A DNA stretch of 48,583 nt, taken from Alcaligenaceae bacterium. GTDB taxonomy: Bacteria > Pseudomonadota > Gammaproteobacteria > Burkholderiales > Burkholderiaceae_B. The notes beneath the pieces were generated by a model. That model was not told the DNA's origin, made no database searches, and was given only the letters and a program-made list of their open reading frames with translations. How positions within the stretch are numbered: the stretch's first letter is position 1; each line of letters opens with the position of its first letter. The position numbers and the translations under genes were made by a program. The DNA lies in the NCBI GenBank assembly GCA_012735395.1, contig JAAYHN010000280.1:1-48583 (forward strand), read 5' to 3'. This document shows, in pieces, positions 8,436 through 18,845 of this stretch.

Positions 8436-8920
8436 GGCGGCACCTGATGAAATGTTTCGTAATGATCTACGGTGACATAACGCTGCTGTGCGTTTGTACT
8501 GAATACCAGGCGTTTTGCATTGCGTTTATTGCCCCGGTAATCAAGATCGGCCTCTTGCCAGCTGTTTTGTGGCAACCTTCTTTCATAATTACCAAAATGA
8601 TCACCCCCGATAGATTTTCCCTTTAAGGCGGGAATCCGTGAAAAATAGCTGCCCGGACGCCAGCCAAGATCCCGTGCCTGTTTTTTTGTAACAAAGTAAT
8701 CAGGCAGTTGCCTGAGGGTATTCAAGCTTTGCAAAATTTCAACCAGCTGTGTTTCATTGATTTGGCGCGACAGTTTCTTTTCGTTAAGGTCCTGCACAAC
8801 AAGCTGGCAACTGGCTACAGCAGGACGGGTGTTTGATTGCCCTTCTGTTTGGGGCATTTTTCCCATTGCCATAACCGGCAATGAGCTTGCCAGCAGAATC
8901 CCAAAAAACAAACGCTTCAT
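8426..8920 (-). CDS. Secreted barnase-family ribonuclease
   Basis: Signal peptide MKRLFFG...VMA. LPDYFVTKKQARDLGW, GKSIGGDHF, WQEADLDY, RNAKRL and DHYETF align with barnase catalytic residues. Confidence 0.92.
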   Translation of the reverse strand: MKRLFFGILLASSLPVMAMGKMPQTEGQSNTRPAVASCQLVVQDLNEKKLSRQINETQLVEILQSLNTLRQLPDYFVTKKQARDLGWRPGSYFSRIPALKGKSIGGDHFGNYERRLPQNSWQEADLDYRGNKRNAKRLVFSTNAQQRYVTVDHYETFHQVPPCQ

Positions 8921-9082
8921 GACCTTTCCCGTATCGCGCAAAAAACAACCTGCACAGAATGTGCTATCTTCCAGTCTACTCTATAATATTTTACATTTTA
9001 AGGGATTAAACCCCTATTAAATAAAATAAATTTATGTTTTTCAGCCACTTAAACAGCTCCCACCCTTAATCCAGAGAATCCC

Positions 9083-10387
9083 ATGCCTCACTCAACTGCA
9101 CCCCACCAGTTTTCTTTACTGAAAAAGCGCTATTTTGCCCCTTTTTTCTGGACGCAGTTTTGTGGGGCGGCCAACGATAACCTGTATAAGTTTGCCGTCA
9201 CAATTTTATTAACGTACCAATTACATAACCAATGGTTTGAACCCGCCATGGCAGGCGTGATTATTGGTGGCCTGTTTATCCTGCCTTTTCTGCTGTTTTC
9301 CGCAAACAGTGGCCAACTGGCCGACCATTACAGCAAAATCCGTATTATGCGTTTTGTTAAAAATGCAGAAATAGGCATTATGCTGCTGGCCAGTTATGGT
9401 CTTTTTATCCAGTCCGTTCCCATATTGTTAGCATGCATTTTTTTGATGGGCCTGCATTCAACCCTTTTTGGCCCGGTCAAATATGCCTATTTGCCGCAAG
9501 TGCTGGACGATCATTCCTTAATCGGTGGCAACGCCTTGGTCAGCATGGGTACCTTTGTGTCCATCCTGCTTGGCAATATTGCCGGCGGTGTTCTGGTTGC
9601 CCTGCCCGAAAACGCCCATATCTGGGTCAGTATGGCCTGCCTGCTGCTGGCCGTTGCGGGCAGAATCAGTGTGCAGTTTATTCCCCCCTTGGCTGAACCG
9701 GCCCATAAACTGAAAATGAACTGGAACCTTTTTTCGGAAACCCTTAGTAATCTGGCGATTGCACGTCAAAACATAACCGTTTTCAAAAGCATGCTGTTAA
9801 TTAGCTGGATGTGGTTTTTCGGGGCCGTATTCTTAAGCCTGTTCCCTATTTTTGCCAAAGATGTCCTGAAAGGCAATGAACATGTAGCGGCACTTTTACT
9901 GGTACTTTTTTCCATTGGTGTGGGTATGGGTTCATTATCATGTGAAAGGTTCAGCAAACACCGCCCAGCCTTGTCTTTGGTACCTTTGGGTGCCATTGGC
10001 ATGAGCCTGTTCAGCGCCGATTTATATTTCTCAATTACTACCCCGGACACCACCACCCTGTACACATTCAGCCAGTTTATCAGCCAGCCGGCAAACTGGC
10101 GTACCATGTTCGATTTATTCATGCTTAGCGCCTGCGCCGGTATTTATAGTGTGCCGCTTTACGCCTTCATTCAGAAACAAACCCCCAAAACCCATACTTC
10201 ACGCATTATTGCCACCAATAATATTCTTAATGCCGTGTTCCTGATTGCCAGTGCGCTCATCACCGGTTTTATTCTTGGCCTGAATGTGCCTGTACCGGTT
10301 ATTTTCCTGATGACCGGAATTGTAAATATTTTATTCTCATATAGCATTTTTTTAAGCGAACCAGGGTTCAGAAAAAACAATATCTGA
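9083..10387 (+). CDS. MFS transporter, LplT/Aas-associated family
   Basis: PFFWTQFCGAANDNLYK, LPFLLFSANSGQLAD and HSTLFGPVKYAYLPQ, with about 12 TM segments. Confidence 0.85.
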   Translation: MPHSTAPHQFSLLKKRYFAPFFWTQFCGAANDNLYKFAVTILLTYQLHNQWFEPAMAGVIIGGLFILPFLLFSANSGQLADHYSKIRIMRFVKNAEIGIMLLASYGLFIQSVPILLACIFLMGLHSTLFGPVKYAYLPQVLDDHSLIGGNALVSMGTFVSILLGNIAGGVLVALPENAHIWVSMACLLLAVAGRISVQFIPPLAEPAHKLKMNWNLFSETLSNLAIARQNITVFKSMLLISWMWFFGAVFLSLFPIFAKDVLKGNEHVAALLLVLFSIGVGMGSLSCERFSKHRPALSLVPLGAIGMSLFSADLYFSITTPDTTTLYTFSQFISQPANWRTMFDLFMLSACAGIYSVPLYAFIQKQTPKTHTSRIIATNNILNAVFLIASALITGFILGLNVPVPVIFLMTGIVNILFSYSIFLSEPGFRKNNI

Positions 10388-10523
10388 AACAGCAGGAAAT
10401 TTTTAGATAATAATTTATTTGAAATGAGAAGATTCTCTTTATAATTTGAGTTATAGTGCAAAAATCCTCTTTCAGGGGATACTCGCGTTTAAACAATGCT
10501 TCAAATAAATTAAGCAAATAAGG

Positions 10524-11042
10524 ATGTTCATGAAAGCATTTGGTAAATTTTTACTATTACTGGTTTTAGTACTGGGCCTGACATTTATTGCCTGGAAAGT
10601 ACTGGAAACCTCCCTATTCAATGAAGAAGACGACATAACACCATCCCCCATGTCAGGTGTTGTTGCCCCCGCCGCAAACACACCGGTAGAGCCCCCGCCC
10701 ATCCAGAACCAGGAAGACCTTTACCAAAGCACTTCTTCTGATGAACCGCCACCACCGCTGGAAACACGGGCAGATAACCTGACCTGCCAGGCCAGTGTTA
10801 CGATTATCGGTAAAATTTATGATTTGAAAGAATCAGGCAAAACCCTTGATGAGACAAACGAATTCATCAGCAACGATGACTCGGTTCCCGATGCCCAGGT
10901 CTCTTCATTTATTGAGTTTGCCAATACCCTGTGGAACTCGCCTGCAGAAAAAATCGTGCCTAAAGCAGCATTCCTGAAAAATTTCCTGCAACAGTGCCAA
11001 AGCCTGGAAAAAGAACAAAAGGCAGCGCCTGCTGCTCAGTAA
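10524..11042 (+). CDS. Hypothetical membrane-anchored protein
   Basis: N-terminal TM helix, Pro/acid-rich linker and a C-terminal domain bracketed by two Cys. Confidence 0.75.
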   Translation: MFMKAFGKFLLLLVLVLGLTFIAWKVLETSLFNEEDDITPSPMSGVVAPAANTPVEPPPIQNQEDLYQSTSSDEPPPPLETRADNLTCQASVTIIGKIYDLKESGKTLDETNEFISNDDSVPDAQVSSFIEFANTLWNSPAEKIVPKAAFLKNFLQQCQSLEKEQKAAPAAQ

Positions 11043-11058
11043 GTTCCTTTTTGCCCAT

Positions 11059-12702
11059 TCAGGAATAAGCCCGGCTCATCAGGGTATCCACCGAATAACG
11101 TGGTTCAAATGAGTGAGCCTGGGCCAAGGGCCAGGCCAGTTCAAAAATCTTGAATTTATATTTTTCTATCAATAAATCACCTTCATCCAGTTCAGGATAA
11201 ATCGCCGACAATAACTTCACTTCAGAGTTGGAAATCCGTCTGACCACATGATGCGCTTTTAATTGCGCTGGATGCCTAAGGCCAGCCGCTTCAAGCAGCT
11301 CGGCCAATGCCTGTAAGGTATTATGATGAAAGTTATGCACCCGATCTGATTTATCTTCTACTACCAGGGCTTTTTGCCTGACCGGATCCTGGGTGGCCAC
11401 GCCGGTAGGACAGCGCCCCGTATGACAGGCCTGCGCCTGGATACAGCCAACCGCAAACATGAACCCTCGGGCACTGTTGCACCAGTCTGCCCCCAAGGAA
11501 AAAGTTCTTAATAAATCGAAAGCGGAAATGATTTTGCCAGAAGCACCTATTTTAATTTGCTGGCGTAAACCAATCCCGACCAGGGTATTATGGACAAGAC
11601 GTAAGCCTTCTTTTAGTGGCACCCCCATGTGGTCGGCAAACTCTACCGGTGCCGCCCCTGTACCGCCTTCTGAGCCATCCACCACGATAAAATCAGGCTT
11701 GATGCCTGTTTCCAGCATGGCTTTGGCTATTGCAAACCATTCCCAGGGATGACCAATACAAAGCTTGAAGCCAACCGGCTTGCCTTTGGACAACCCTCTG
11801 AGGCGTTGAATAAAATACATCAACTCGATTGGTGTCGTGAAGGCGCTATGATTTGCCGGGGAATTACAGTCCTGTCCAACCGGAACACCACGCGCATCGG
11901 CAATTTCCTGGGTTACTTTAGGGCCTGGCAATACACCGCCATGCCCCGGCTTTGCCCCTTGGGATAGCTTGATTTCAATCATTTTCACATTTGGATGACA
12001 GGCCCGCTTTTCAAATTCCGTCTCTGAAAAATTACCGTCTGCATCACGACAGCCAAAATAGCCCGAACCGATATTCCAGATAAGGTCACCGCCATGTTCA
12101 AGGTGATAGGTACTGATTCCCCCTTCTCCGGTATCATGCGCAAACCCGCCCTTGGCGGCCCCACTGTTAAGCGAGCGGACGGCATTGGCCGACAATGCCC
12201 CAAAACTCATGGCGGAAATATTGAATACAGACAGTTCATAAGGTTGGGTGCAATCTGTACCACCTACCGAAACCCTGAAATTGGTGTTATTGATTTCAGT
12301 AGGCTGCATGGAATGGTTGACCCACTCATAGCCATCAGCATACACGTTTTCAATGGTGCCAAAAGGCCGCTTGTCTATTTGCTGCTTGGCACGCTGATAC
12401 ACAATCGAGCGCTGGGCACGGGAAAAAGGCAGGTTATCGTTATCATTTTCAAGAAAATACTGCCTGATTTCAGGACGGATGGATTCCAGCAGGAAGCGCA
12501 AATTACCAATGACTGGATAATTGCGCCTGATTGAATGCCTGGTTTGCAGTAAGTCATAAAAACCCAGCAGGCTAAGCAATACGGCAGGTACGACAAGAAA
12601 AAGCCAATTCCGGCCCTGGGTAACAAACAGATACACGCCTAATACTGAAGCCAGAATAACGGCAATCAAAACGGCATATCTGGACACAAACATGTTAATC
12701 AT
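11059..12702 (-). CDS. FMN-binding glutamate synthase family protein (membrane-anchored, stand-alone)
   Basis: SAMSFGALS, TGEGG, EIKLSQGAKPGHGG, DGSEGGTGAAP and the [3Fe-4S] motif CIQAQACHTGRC. Confidence 0.92.
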   Translation of the reverse strand: MINMFVSRYAVLIAVILASVLGVYLFVTQGRNWLFLVVPAVLLSLLGFYDLLQTRHSIRRNYPVIGNLRFLLESIRPEIRQYFLENDNDNLPFSRAQRSIVYQRAKQQIDKRPFGTIENVYADGYEWVNHSMQPTEINNTNFRVSVGGTDCTQPYELSVFNISAMSFGALSANAVRSLNSGAAKGGFAHDTGEGGISTYHLEHGGDLIWNIGSGYFGCRDADGNFSETEFEKRACHPNVKMIEIKLSQGAKPGHGGVLPGPKVTQEIADARGVPVGQDCNSPANHSAFTTPIELMYFIQRLRGLSKGKPVGFKLCIGHPWEWFAIAKAMLETGIKPDFIVVDGSEGGTGAAPVEFADHMGVPLKEGLRLVHNTLVGIGLRQQIKIGASGKIISAFDLLRTFSLGADWCNSARGFMFAVGCIQAQACHTGRCPTGVATQDPVRQKALVVEDKSDRVHNFHHNTLQALAELLEAAGLRHPAQLKAHHVVRRISNSEVKLLSAIYPELDEGDLLIEKYKFKIFELAWPLAQAHSFEPRYSVDTLMSRAYS

Positions 12703-12784
12703 TTAACACCAACTCCTGGTAAATGGATATGGGCTCAAAACAGGCCTACTGACATCTTACCCAAAACACATGACAGATAATAAA

Positions 12785-12817
12785 AAAACCTTATGTATTA
12801 AATATACATAAGGTTTT
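12785..12817 (-). terminator. Intrinsic terminator after the lipoprotein gene
   Basis: Perfect 14-bp inverted repeat AAAACCTTATGTAT/ATACATAAGGTTTT followed by a T-run on the minus strand. Confidence 0.7.
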
Positions 12818-12859
12818 AAGTCATGAAAAAAGACTTGGATATTTACGGCAAAGTATGCG

Positions 12860-13348
12860 TTATTTTTTAGCCTGTTGAGGTACAACAGCCTGCATGATTG
12901 ATGATGCGGTAGTATCGTCACGTACCATGAACAGGAAATTGTTGCCTTGGCGAATACCACTGATGGAAGCCAGCTGGCCACCAATGGTAGTGGCAAAACC
13001 GTATTGGTTGCCAACTTTGGACAGCGCTTCCACACCGGCAGGGTTCAGGCCCAGCTGGATAAAGGTACGGCCCTGGTTGTCTTTAACGTGATTGATGGTT
13101 GTGAGGTTTTCACGTGTAACAACAGGATTTTGACTGACGTAAATGGTTTGCTTTTCGTTAAGTTTAAAAGCACGATAGCCTTTAACCACCTTATCTGAAG
13201 CGGTGTAAACATCTACGCTTGCGCCCTGGGTTTGTGCTGGAGCCTGTGTAGTGGAATCTGCCGCACCATCTTTTTGCATTGGTGCGCATCCAGCCAAAGC
13301 AACGGCCAGAGGTAACACGATTAAGCCAAGTTTACGTGAGATTTTCAT
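12860..13348 (-). CDS. Lipoprotein with probable SecDF P1-head-like domain
   Basis: Lipobox LAGC. PVVTRENL...DNQGRTFIQLGLNPAGVEALSKV resembles the SecD periplasmic head. Confidence 0.7.
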   Translation of the reverse strand: MKISRKLGLIVLPLAVALAGCAPMQKDGAADSTTQAPAQTQGASVDVYTASDKVVKGYRAFKLNEKQTIYVSQNPVVTRENLTTINHVKDNQGRTFIQLGLNPAGVEALSKVGNQYGFATTIGGQLASISGIRQGNNFLFMVRDDTTASSIMQAVVPQQAKK

Positions 13349-13473
13349 ATAAATTCCTTATTTTTTTAAAGCAATACACATACGTATCTTCAAATTACAA
13401 CATATGCAATATAAAAACACAAGAAGGGAAACAGCGGTTAATCGTTAACAACCATTAAGTTCAAGACTCGCCC

Positions 13474-14061
13474 TTATCTTTTGGCACGAATAAGATCGGC
13501 CGCATCACGGGCATTCACCAGCGTTAACATGGGAATAAGCAAAACACCGTCTTCAAGCGCCGCGTCTGACGTGGACAATGTTGAAAACACGGACTTATTC
13601 ATGCTGGCCAGTACGACTTTATGCTGGTTTGATTTACCGGTGATGGCAGTTTTAAGTTTTGTTGCGCCTGCAGGTGTTAAACGCAGTGCCAGGGCCGGTT
13701 GGTCTTTGGCCTTGGCAACAAAAGCCGTTTTCACATCATCACGGCTAAGCAACACACCTGAAGTCACATAGGTTTGCTCGCCTGACTTGATGGACGTTTC
13801 TTTACCGGTTGATTTTTTATTTTTTGAAGCATTGGATTGCGTGACCGAGCCCACATAAATTTCAATGTCACCGTTACCTTTTTTTTCTACCAGCCTGGCA
13901 TCGGTTTTAGTGGCAGGAACAACAGGCTGCGCAACCTGCGCAGGTTTATTTTCAGTATTTTCGGCAGCCGAAGAAGAACCTCCGAAACCCAAAGTTTCAC
14001 AACCGGCCAAAGCAACAGATAACGCTGTCAAACCCAGAATTTGAACTAATTTCATAAACAA
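13474..14061 (-). CDS. Lipoprotein with probable SecDF P1-head-like domain (paralog)
   Basis: Lipobox LAGC; VLLSRDDVKTAFV...DQPALALRLTPAGATKLKTAI. Confidence 0.65.
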   Translation of the reverse strand: MFMKLVQILGLTALSVALAGCETLGFGGSSSAAENTENKPAQVAQPVVPATKTDARLVEKKGNGDIEIYVGSVTQSNASKNKKSTGKETSIKSGEQTYVTSGVLLSRDDVKTAFVAKAKDQPALALRLTPAGATKLKTAITGKSNQHKVVLASMNKSVFSTLSTSDAALEDGVLLIPMLTLVNARDAADLIRAKR

Positions 14062-14174
14062 CCTTTCTTATCAATAAACCAGACAAAATATCAAACATTG
14101 TGTTTTTTATTTTGCCTTTATTTTGTTACTGCAGTGCCCTATTCAAGCGACTTAAATAAAGCCCCACCCATAAA

Positions 14175-14726
14175 TTAATGAAAATACCGCTGGCATTTAT
14201 CTGAGTCGTTCAGATCAATTGCATTGGTGCCTTGAACAAGATTCACTTTTTTTGCCAGTAACCCTCCGTATTCTACAGGCCCGCTCATTGGTTTGGTATC
14301 AATCCAGTACAACCTGGAAGTTAAGTAATACTCACCGGTTGGCACGCTGGGAAAGGCAAACTGGCCAAATTCATTGGTTTTTGTGGCAAAGGCCTGGCTT
14401 CTGTAAGCCTGCCCTGCCTGGCCTGTTAACACCTTGCCCGAGCGGCAGACTTCCTGATACCACTGCTGACTTGCATTTGATATGGGATTAAGAACGACAT
14501 CGATAAGGGCACCGGTACGGTTGCCACCATTTACCCTGTCTGTAATATAAACCTGGCCAACCAGCATGGTTCTTTCACGGGCGGCCTGGTTTGACGGACT
14601 TCCTGAATAAACAACCCGTTCTACCTGTTTACGCGGTGTATGTTCCAGGGAACGGTCTTTTTGGACTGAAGTTGAAGAACACCCTGCCAAGATTAAAAAC
14701 AGCAAGGGAACAAACACACGGAACAT
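14175..14726 (-). CDS. Lipoprotein with carboxypeptidase-regulatory-like beta-sandwich
   Basis: Lipobox LAGC; TKTNEFGQFAFPSVPTGEYYL. Confidence 0.7.
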   Translation of the reverse strand: MFRVFVPLLFLILAGCSSTSVQKDRSLEHTPRKQVERVVYSGSPSNQAARERTMLVGQVYITDRVNGGNRTGALIDVVLNPISNASQQWYQEVCRSGKVLTGQAGQAYRSQAFATKTNEFGQFAFPSVPTGEYYLTSRLYWIDTKPMSGPVEYGGLLAKKVNLVQGTNAIDLNDSDKCQRYFH

Positions 14727-14768
14727 ATTTTTACCAATACATTGTTTTGAAAAAATCATGAATTAAAC

Positions 14769-14809
14769 TTGACCTGCGTCATACTAGAGCCATCACCTTC
14801 TAATATAAT
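14769..14809 (+). promoter_or_regulatory. Candidate FNR-family box and -10 element for the cytochrome b gene
   Basis: TTGAC-CTGC-GTCAT (14769-14782) with TATAAT at 14804-14809 gives class II (-41.5) geometry. Confidence 0.45.
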
Positions 14810-14887
14810 AAAGAAGCGCTGCTTAAATAACAATGGTTAGAATCCTAACACCGCAATTTGTTTTTGGAAACTTAAATATTTAAAAGT

Positions 14888-15613
14888 ATGTATCAAAACT
14901 CTCAAGACATTACCATCCGGGTCTGGGATTTCCCTACCCGTTTTTTTCATTGGGCACTGGCAATCTGTGTTATTGCCGCTTTTTTCAGCATTAAAGCCGC
15001 TGGCACTACCGAAGGCTGGGTAGCAAACGCAGGCATTGCCTGGATGGACTGGCATGTATTAAGCGGTTATTGCGTTTTAAGCCTGATCCTGTTCCGCATT
15101 ATATGGGGTTTTACCGGCTCATATTATGCAAGATTCAGTCAATTCTTAAAAGGCCCTGCCAGTATTATGCAGTATTTTAAAGGCAACCATGACTCGCTGG
15201 GGCATAACCCGCTGGGCGCCCTGTCGGTGATTGCCATGCTGGCTGTTTTTGGTTTTCAGGCATTCAGTGGGCTGTTTACCACCGATGATATTTTTACCAA
15301 CGGCCCGCTTGTCCATTTAAGCGCCGGTTTCAGTAAAACCATGACCTCCCTGCATCGCAGCAATGAACCTGTCATGATCATTTTATTTGCGCTGCATATT
15401 CTTTCAATTGTTTTTTATCGTGTTTTCAAAAAGAAAAAACTGGTTTCCACCATGATTACCGGAAAAACACAGGTATCCCCGGAAAACAATTATGTACAGG
15501 CAACAGATAACCTGCGTGTATTCATTGCCGGCCTGGTCACGCTGGCAGTGACATCGGGTTTCGTATACTGGATATCCACCCTGGGTGCCAGCAGCAGCGG
15601 CTCATTCTATTAA
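14888..15613 (+). CDS. Cytochrome b/b6 (Ni/Fe-hydrogenase b-type) membrane protein
   Basis: RVWDFPTRFFHW, WH..SGY, FRIIWGF, GHNPLGALSV and heme-ligand His residues. Confidence 0.92.
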   Translation: MYQNSQDITIRVWDFPTRFFHWALAICVIAAFFSIKAAGTTEGWVANAGIAWMDWHVLSGYCVLSLILFRIIWGFTGSYYARFSQFLKGPASIMQYFKGNHDSLGHNPLGALSVIAMLAVFGFQAFSGLFTTDDIFTNGPLVHLSAGFSKTMTSLHRSNEPVMIILFALHILSIVFYRVFKKKKLVSTMITGKTQVSPENNYVQATDNLRVFIAGLVTLAVTSGFVYWISTLGASSSGSFY

Positions 15614-15635
15614 AACCTCTAATACTACTACCCAT

Positions 15636-15666
15636 AAAAAAGCCTCTTTACATGAAGAGGCTTTTT
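15636..15666. terminator. Bidirectional intrinsic terminator
   Basis: AAAAAAGCCTCTT-tacatg-AAGAGGCTTTTT between convergent genes. Confidence 0.85.
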
Positions 15667-15691
15667 ACCTGACAGATACCGCAAAAAAAGA

Positions 15692-16138
15692 TTAGTCTTT
15701 GCGATAGCCGTCGTGACAGGCTTTACAGCTTTGGCCCGCTTTACCAAAAGCCACTTTCAATTTAGCCAGCTCGCCGCTATCGGCAGCGGTGGAAAGTTCC
15801 TGGATGGCTACCTTGAAGTTTTCACGCTTTTCATCAAAGCCTTTGGCATCTGACCAGACCTCAGGTTTTGCCTCACCACCTTCAAAACCCGGACCAAACG
15901 CGCCCCATGGCAACGCTGCCAGGGTGCTTAATACCGCCACATTCTGCTTGATGGCTTCTGCGTCATAGGGAACTTCACCTTTAACAACAGGAACCATTCT
16001 GCCAAAGTGAGAGGCCAGCAGTACTTTTGATGCCTGACGGTATTTAATGCCGTCTTCCGGTTTGGCAAACTGGGCGTTAGCCGCTGTTGATACCAACGTT
16101 GCACAGGCTAATGCAATCACTGTTAATGACTTCTTCAT
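15692..16138 (-). CDS. cycP: Cytochrome c'
   Basis: Signal peptide, mature QFAKPEDGIKYRQ and C-terminal CKACHDGYR. ATG at 16138 follows GAAGGAG. Confidence 0.93.
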   Translation of the reverse strand: MKKSLTVIALACATLVSTAANAQFAKPEDGIKYRQASKVLLASHFGRMVPVVKGEVPYDAEAIKQNVAVLSTLAALPWGAFGPGFEGGEAKPEVWSDAKGFDEKRENFKVAIQELSTAADSGELAKLKVAFGKAGQSCKACHDGYRKD

Positions 16139-16227
16139 ACTTGGTTTTACTCCTTCAAAAAACATTATATAAATTTTTATAATGTTACCTTAAAACCTGT
16201 TTCAAACCAATTACAAATACAGGATAA

Positions 16228-16260
16228 AATCAATGCAGGGCCACAGACCCTGCATTGATT
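16228..16260 (-). terminator. purB terminator hairpin
   Basis: 13-bp perfect stem AATCAATGCAGGG/CCCTGCATTGATT. Confidence 0.75.
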
Positions 16261-16289
16261 GCCGCAAACTTGATTTATATCTAAAACAA

Positions 16290-17696
<1,407 letters not shown>

Positions 17697-18809
17697 TTAA
17701 TAAATAATACCGCCGCCAAGACACACATCGCCATCATAAAGAACGGCGGATTGCCCGGGGGTAACAGCCCATTGCGCCTGTTCAAATGACAGGGCCATGC
17801 TGCCGGCGTCACAATGTGTTAAACGGCAAGGGGCATCTGCCTGGCGATAACGTGTTTTAGCGCCATAAACCTTATTTTCAGGTGGGTAACCCGCCACCCA
17901 GCTCAGGTCCTGGGCATTCAGATTAGGGGTTAACAGCCATGGGTGATCGTGCCCCGACACCACATAAAGAATATTATTGGCCAGGTCTTTGCGCGCCACA
18001 TACCAGGCATCTGCCGTGCCATCGGGGGCCTGCCTGCCCTTGACGCCACCAATGCCAAGCCCTTTGCGTTGCCCCAGCGTATAGAATGCCAAACCGTAGT
18101 GCTGCCCTATTTCCTGACCGTCATCGGTAAGGATGGGGCCGGGTTTGGTGGGCAGGTAACGGTTAAGGAACTCTCGAAAAGGCCGTTCACCAATAAAACA
18201 AATACCGGTAGAGTCTTTTTTGGCGGCATTGGGCAGTTTAAGCTCATGCGCAATGCGCCTGACTTCGGATTTTTCAATCTCGCCAAGCGGAAAAATGGCT
18301 TTGGACAATTGTGCCTGATTCAGCCGATGCAAAAAATAGCTTTGGTCTTTGGCCGGATCAAGCCCTTTAAGCAGCTGGAACTCGGTTTTGCCATTATGCT
18401 GGACCGAACGCACACGGGCATAATGCCCGGTGGCTATATACTCGGCCCCTAAAGACATGGCATGATCAAGGAAAGCCTTGAATTTGATTTCGGCATTGCA
18501 TAAGACATCAGGGTTAGGCGTGCGCCCTGCCGAATATTCGCGCAGGAACTCGGCAAAGACCCGGTCTTTATATTCGGCCGAAAAATTGACCGCTTCAATA
18601 TCGACCCCGACCAAGTCGGCGACACTGGCGGCATCAAGCCAGTCTTGGCGGGATGAGCAATATTCGGAGTCGTCGTCATCTTCCCAGTTTTTCATGAAAA
18701 GACCGACAACATCATAGCCCTGCTGTTTAAGCAGCCAGGCACTGACCGAAGAGTCGACGCCCCCGGACATGCCTATAACAACGCGTGGTTTGGATGATTT
18801 CTGATTCAT
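17697..18809 (-). CDS. mnmA: tRNA 2-thiouridylase
   Basis: [33 protein letters not shown] and [11 protein letters not shown]. Confidence 0.98.
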   Translation of the reverse strand: MNQKSSKPRVVIGMSGGVDSSVSAWLLKQQGYDVVGLFMKNWEDDDDSEYCSSRQDWLDAASVADLVGVDIEAVNFSAEYKDRVFAEFLREYSAGRTPNPDVLCNAEIKFKAFLDHAMSLGAEYIATGHYARVRSVQHNGKTEFQLLKGLDPAKDQSYFLHRLNQAQLSKAIFPLGEIEKSEVRRIAHELKLPNAAKKDSTGICFIGERPFREFLNRYLPTKPGPILTDDGQEIGQHYGLAFYTLGQRKGLGIGGVKGRQAPDGTADAWYVARKDLANNILYVVSGHDHPWLLTPNLNAQDLSWVAGYPPENKVYGAKTRYRQADAPCRLTHCDAGSMALSFEQAQWAVTPGQSAVLYDGDVCLGGGIIY

Positions 18810-18845
18810 CCCGCTATTTTACGTGATGAATTCCCGTTTTAGTGC

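Noticed and set aside
10404-10441. Fur-box-like GATAATAAT...AATGAGAAGATTCTC
   Set aside because: The dyad spacing is one base off the 7-1-7 consensus, the region is very AT-rich, and no iron-related gene is adjacent.
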